Shown here: piece by piece, positions 8,619 through 12,197 of the stretch
Layout: every line of letters starts with the position of its first letter
Position numbering within the stretch: the first letter of the stretch is position 1
From: Promethearchaeota archaeon
GTDB lineage: Archaea > Asgardarchaeota > Lokiarchaeia > Sigyniarchaeales > SOKP01
Assembly: GCA_011364925.1 (NCBI GenBank)
Contig: RDOA01000072.1
Span: 1-12,197, forward strand
DNA length: 12,197 nucleotides
Direction of reading: 5' to 3'
Program-made: the position numbers and the translations under genes
Notes under the pieces: model-generated
Told to the model about the DNA's origin: nothing
The model's input: only the letters and a program-made list of their open reading frames with translations
Database searches by the model: none

Positions 8619-9401
8619 TTAAATCTTTCCACTGTATTGCTTCAGTAAGTCATCTAACCACTTAAATATCTCTTCCTTCGACAAATTTCCAATATTAAAT
8701 TTCAATCGTTCAATTTCTTTTAAAAGATCTATCAATTCTAAAGGAATAGACCTTTGAACCAGCTCAAATAACATCTCGTTTGTTTTCGAAATTAAAATTT
8801 TGACCTTGGATGCTAAAGGTTCTATATGGGGCATATCTTCCAAGCGAACAAGAATGTTAATAAGACTAAACAAGAATTCGGTTTTATTTCCTTTAAAGCT
8901 ACTGTCAAATTGATAATAATATCGATCGAAATATTCCCTCGGCACTACTTCCTCGTATCTATTAGCTATTTTAATAACTGATTTTATGTTTTTAAAGAGT
9001 AATGATGGTGTCCAGTTAAAAAGTTGAAAGTTAGACTCAATCTTTCCACTATGAATCACGGGTATAAACTTATGATCCTCTTTAAAATAACCAAAAGGTA
9101 GAATAATAAAATCTAACGAATCTGAAGATTTATAATCGTTCACATCAATGTAGAGATTCTTTAGAGTGTGGACAAGCTCTGTTCGATGATCGAGAATGTC
9201 GAATTCTATTCTATTCAAAGACGGCCTGTAGATATAAAACAAAAGCCCGTCAAATCCTTGTATTTCTAAATCAAGCGTAAAATTAAACATATCAACTGTC
9301 GCATTTTCAGTTTTAAATCTCATATCTAGCACAATATGAGAATAATTCTCGATATAAGGAAAGAACCAAGGGGGGTTCCTCTCCGCTTCGAACGATATCA
9401 T
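8619..9401 (-). CDS. Hypothetical soluble protein (260 aa)
   Basis: Long ORF with an AGGAG RBS upstream. No family recognised. Confidence 0.75.
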   Translation of the reverse strand: MISFEAERNPPWFFPYIENYSHIVLDMRFKTENATVDMFNFTLDLEIQGFDGLLFYIYRPSLNRIEFDILDHRTELVHTLKNLYIDVNDYKSSDSLDFIILPFGYFKEDHKFIPVIHSGKIESNFQLFNWTPSLLFKNIKSVIKIANRYEEVVPREYFDRYYYQFDSSFKGNKTEFLFSLINILVRLEDMPHIEPLASKVKILISKTNEMLFELVQRSIPLELIDLLKEIERLKFNIGNLSKEEIFKWLDDLLKQYSGKI

Positions 9402-9606
9402 CTAATCTCTACTCCTATTATCTCTTTTTAAGATGATTTATATATATTTTATACCTATTTATACTTCTTCACTCGAAGAAATATTTTGCACATAAATAAT
9501 TACCTTCCATATTTTTAATTTTTCCGATTTGAATTGCAATAATACTCAATGAGAAAAAGAAAAGGATAACTATACTCCTTAAAAATCTCTCCTAAAGAGA
9601 GCTCTC

Positions 9607-9662
9607 TCCAAGTAGCTAATTCTTATTCAAGCTAATAATCTTTGATTAATTTACTTTTAGCA
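9607..9662. repeat. 56-bp perfect direct repeat, copy 1
   Basis: TCCAAGTAGCTAATTCTTATTCAAGCTAATAATCTTTGATTAATTTACTTTTAGCA is identical to 10090-10145 (offset 483 bp). Confidence 0.95.
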
Positions 9663-10057
9663 GCGTAAACATCCTCTTTTGTTATTGAAAGAATATCCAT
9701 TATCGCAAATGTTCTTTGATTAAGCGATACGAACATTCCAGGCTTCAACTGCTCGTTTAGCACTTTCCGAGAAGAATTTACAACAAATATTGGTCCCGTC
9801 GAAGACAGGACTGTAATTTTCCCTGTGTTCTCTTTTACGCTTAAAACCACTGCCGCAACTAAAGGAGGTTCTCTCAATCTATCGATTTCGTTTCTTAAGC
9901 TATTCAGTTCCTGTTCTAAACGTAATCGTTCAGCATCAAACAATTGCTTTTCAGCCTCTAAATTATGTAATTTCTGCTCTAAATGACGAATATCAGTGGT
10001 GAAATATTCCTCATCTTTAGTTTCTTCCTTTTTTTTCCTTTCCTCAGTCGTTGTCAT
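9632..10057 (-). CDS. Stand-alone PAN/Rpt N-domain protein (coiled coil + OB fold, no AAA+), paralog B
   Basis: LRNEIDRLREPPLVAAVV, VLSSTGPIFVVN and LKPGMFVSLNQRTFAIMDIL match the PAN pattern E..RL..PPL.VG, KSSTGP.FVV and LKPG.RVALNQ.TLAIV.VL. The gene stops before any Walker A. Confidence 0.88.
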   Translation of the reverse strand: MTTTEERKKKEETKDEEYFTTDIRHLEQKLHNLEAEKQLFDAERLRLEQELNSLRNEIDRLREPPLVAAVVLSVKENTGKITVLSSTGPIFVVNSSRKVLNEQLKPGMFVSLNQRTFAIMDILSITKEDVYAAKSKLIKDY

Positions 10058-10089
10058 TACCTTCTGATAGTGTTTTATTTATATTCAAT

Positions 10090-10145
10090 TCCAAGTAGCT
10101 AATTCTTATTCAAGCTAATAATCTTTGATTAATTTACTTTTAGCA
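10090..10145. repeat. 56-bp perfect direct repeat, copy 2
   Basis: Identical to 9607-9662. Confidence 0.95.
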
Positions 10146-10543
10146 AAGTAAATTTCTTCGTTTGTTATTGAAAGAATGTCCATTATCGCAAATGTTCTTT
10201 GATTAAGGGAAACAAACATTCCTGGCTCTAAATCTAGATTTTTAATTTTGCGGGATGTACTAACTGTATACAATGGTCCATTGGAGAGTAGTACGGTTGC
10301 CTTTTCTTTGTCTTCACTAACACTGACGATAACTGCCGTAAGTAAAGGAGGCCCCCTCGTCCTATCAATTTCGTTTCGCAAACTACTGAGTTCCTGCTCT
10401 AATCTTAAACGCTCTGCATCTAAAAGTTGTTTCTCCGTTTCAAGATTTCTTAATCTTTTTTCTAAATGTCTCGTATATGTGATTAGATATTCTTCATCTT
10501 TCGAAGTTTCTTCCTTTTTTCTCCTGTTCTTAGTCTTTGTCAT
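10115..10543 (-). CDS. Stand-alone PAN/Rpt N-domain protein (coiled coil + OB fold, no AAA+), paralog A
   Basis: RHLEKRLRNLETEKQLLDAERLRLEQEL coiled coil, RGPPLLTAVI, SNGPLYTV and LEPGMFVSLNQRTFAIMDIL. Confidence 0.88.
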   Translation of the reverse strand: MTKTKNRRKKEETSKDEEYLITYTRHLEKRLRNLETEKQLLDAERLRLEQELSSLRNEIDRTRGPPLLTAVIVSVSEDKEKATVLLSNGPLYTVSTSRKIKNLDLEPGMFVSLNQRTFAIMDILSITNEEIYFAKSKLIKDY

Positions 10544-10589
10544 TATCCTTTTTTCTCCAATTCTTTTTAAGATTTTTATCTATCATCTT

Positions 10590-10610
10590 TAGAAATGCTT
10601 AACATTTCTA
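10590..10610. promoter_or_regulatory. Palindrome upstream of the PAN-N pair (candidate operator)
   Basis: TAGAAATG-CTTAA-CATTTCTA, 47 nt upstream of the paralog A start codon. Confidence 0.4.
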
Positions 10611-10829
10611 GTGATAACTAGTGCTTCTAGTATAAAATGCTATCGTTCTTTATCCATATATTATATTTATCTTAAATAATGTCAATTTTTATTTTATGGG
10701 ATCTAATAAATTTAAGCTTCACCCATATTTAATCTCTAAGATTGTAAATTAGTCGAAAAGCAAATTATAAATATATTGCATGCGCTTAGTAAGTATTAAA
10801 AACATATCAATTTCGGAGGCATCTATATT

Positions 10830-11513
10830 TTGGATCCGTTAAACCTACTAAAAATTGTCACAACAATTACTACAGCAATTATCGCACTTATAATAGGATT
10901 ACGCATACTCTCTTTAAACAGAAGAGACTTATTGAACGTATGGTTTACTTTATATTTTATGACTTCATCTTTAGGATTCATTTTTTATGCAGTCTACCAT
11001 CTAATTTTTAACAATGCAAATATTATCATTCCACTCATGATTACAGCTCAAATATTATTTAACCTTAATTCCATATCCCTCATCATGACTGTGTTCGCGT
11101 TAGAAAAGTATTCTCAGATTGCAATGAGCGTTAAATATTTTGGAACAATGACAGTTGTATTCTTTGTGATGACCATTGGATATTTCCTATTTCCTCCGTA
11201 TCTCGATATGGGTGATTACGCTCTGGATATCGTTAATACTCATACTCCTCCCGGGTTGTTTATTTTTGTAAACGCCATTCGATTACTTTTAGCTGTATAT
11301 GCCGTACTTAGATATATTATAATAACCAAGAAACTTGAAGGTAAAACTAAAAAAAAAGTAAAATGGTTTATTTTGGGAGTCTTGGTGCTAATTATGGGGC
11401 TTTTCACCAATTTGCTAGGTGGTTTACTTTCATTGATAGTAGTGGAAGTTGTAGCTCTAATAATTGTCGATATCGGGGCTATTCTTGTTCTTAAAGGATT
11501 TTTGATCAAATAG
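10830..11513 (+). CDS. About 7-TM membrane protein, similar in layout to 7TM sensor regions of histidine kinases
   Basis: Seven hydrophobic segments and a basic loop (KKLEGKTKKK) before TM6. GGAGG precedes the TTG start. Confidence 0.8.
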   Translation: MDPLNLLKIVTTITTAIIALIIGLRILSLNRRDLLNVWFTLYFMTSSLGFIFYAVYHLIFNNANIIIPLMITAQILFNLNSISLIMTVFALEKYSQIAMSVKYFGTMTVVFFVMTIGYFLFPPYLDMGDYALDIVNTHTPPGLFIFVNAIRLLLAVYAVLRYIIITKKLEGKTKKKVKWFILGVLVLIMGLFTNLLGGLLSLIVVEVVALIIVDIGAILVLKGFLIK

Positions 11514-11520
11514 CTCGTTG

Positions 11521-11862
11521 TTACTTCCTGTAAACTCCATAATTTTTACAGGTGTCAATCATAGCTTTTACATTTTCTAGTTTAGCGTCATCTGGAAGCT
11601 CACAGCCTACCCATAATCCTCCACCATCAGCGCACTTGTCAATTATCTCCTTAGTTCTCTTCTCAATCATATGCGGAGTACCTAGCGTAAAATCTGATGG
11701 TTTAAAATTTCCTTCAATTAGCATGCGATCGCCAAGGATTTCTTTTGCTTTTACGATGTCTGTTCGCTCGTCCATATGAAGATAAATCTTACCCTTTGGT
11801 AGTTCCGCAAGGTAATGCAACCTTGAAGTCCAATCTGTATCAAAATGTAATTGAACAATATA
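11521..11862 (-). pseudogene. C-terminal fragment of a uroporphyrinogen decarboxylase / MtaA-CmuA methyltransferase family protein
   Basis: TDIVKAKEILGDRMLIEGNF and GGGLWVGCELPDDAKLENVKAMI. The frame extends upstream as YIVQLHFDTDWTSR, then hits TAA at 11893-11895 with no ATG. The fragment is much shorter than a full TIM barrel. Confidence 0.75.
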
Positions 11863-12197
11863 AGTATCGTATAATAAGGAAAGATGGAGAAATTAGATGG
11901 CTTGAAAATTTTTCAAAAACAATTAAGTATAAAAGAAGACCAGCCGACTTCATAGTGTCAATAGACATTACAGAACAAATGAATGCGGAACAAAAGTTAA
12001 AAAATTCAGAACAACAGTACCGTTCAACAATTGATTCAATACGAGATCCAATTCATGTTATTGATAAAGATTTAAGAATTATTCTTATTAATAATTCAAT
12101 TAGAAAATGGCTTGAGATTTTAGATATTAAAGATGATATAATAGGTAAGAAATTAAATGATGTATTTACATTTTTGCCTAAGAAAGTCATTGATGAA
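11853..12197 (+). CDS. PAS/PAC-domain signalling protein fragment (5'-truncated, runs off the window)
   Basis: Manual translation gives EQYKYRIIRKDGEIRWLENFSKTIKYKRRPADFIVSIDITEQMNAEQKLKNSEQQYRSTIDSIRDPIHVIDKDLRIILINN..., i.e. a PAC motif, a DIT linker and the start of the next PAS domain. Confidence 0.8.

Noticed and set aside
9623-9634. Amber read-through or frameshift restoring a full PAN, or an HbYX gate-opening tail
   Set aside because: TAG is followed by CTT GAA TAA in both copies and no AAA sequence lies downstream. The tail ...IKDY has a terminal rather than penultimate Tyr, so it is not HbYX.
9607-10145. Direct repeats as a CRISPR array or IS ends
   Set aside because: There are only two copies, 483 bp apart, overlapping paralogous coding ends, and no cas or transposase genes.
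355-11779. Shadow ORFs 355-588, 1807-2097, 3204-3443, 5295-5525, 6191-6379, 6823-7008, 7895-8089, 8095-8349, 10248-10592, 11240-11509 and 11552-11779
   Set aside because: They are antisense or out-of-frame overlaps of better-supported genes and have no recognisable motifs.

Overview
AT-rich, gene-dense archaeal-type window. Protein style, oligo-T terminators, a stand-alone 7TM protein and PAS fragments suggest an Asgard/Lokiarchaeia-like genome (inference only). Left to right it holds: a DRTGG/Pta-N protein and a fused ADP-forming acyl-CoA synthetase; a cyclophilin; an unannotated 48-aa hyper-acidic microprotein with its own RBS; a long coiled-coil/HEAT protein; CooC and HypC nickel-enzyme maturation genes; several membrane or hypothetical proteins; and, at the right edge, two 5'-truncated genes (UROD-family and PAS) joined head-to-head. 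The most notable element is a tandem pair of intact genes encoding only the coiled-coil + OB N-domain of the proteasomal ATPase PAN, with no AAA+ module. These could be an undescribed ATP-independent chaperone or proteasome regulator.
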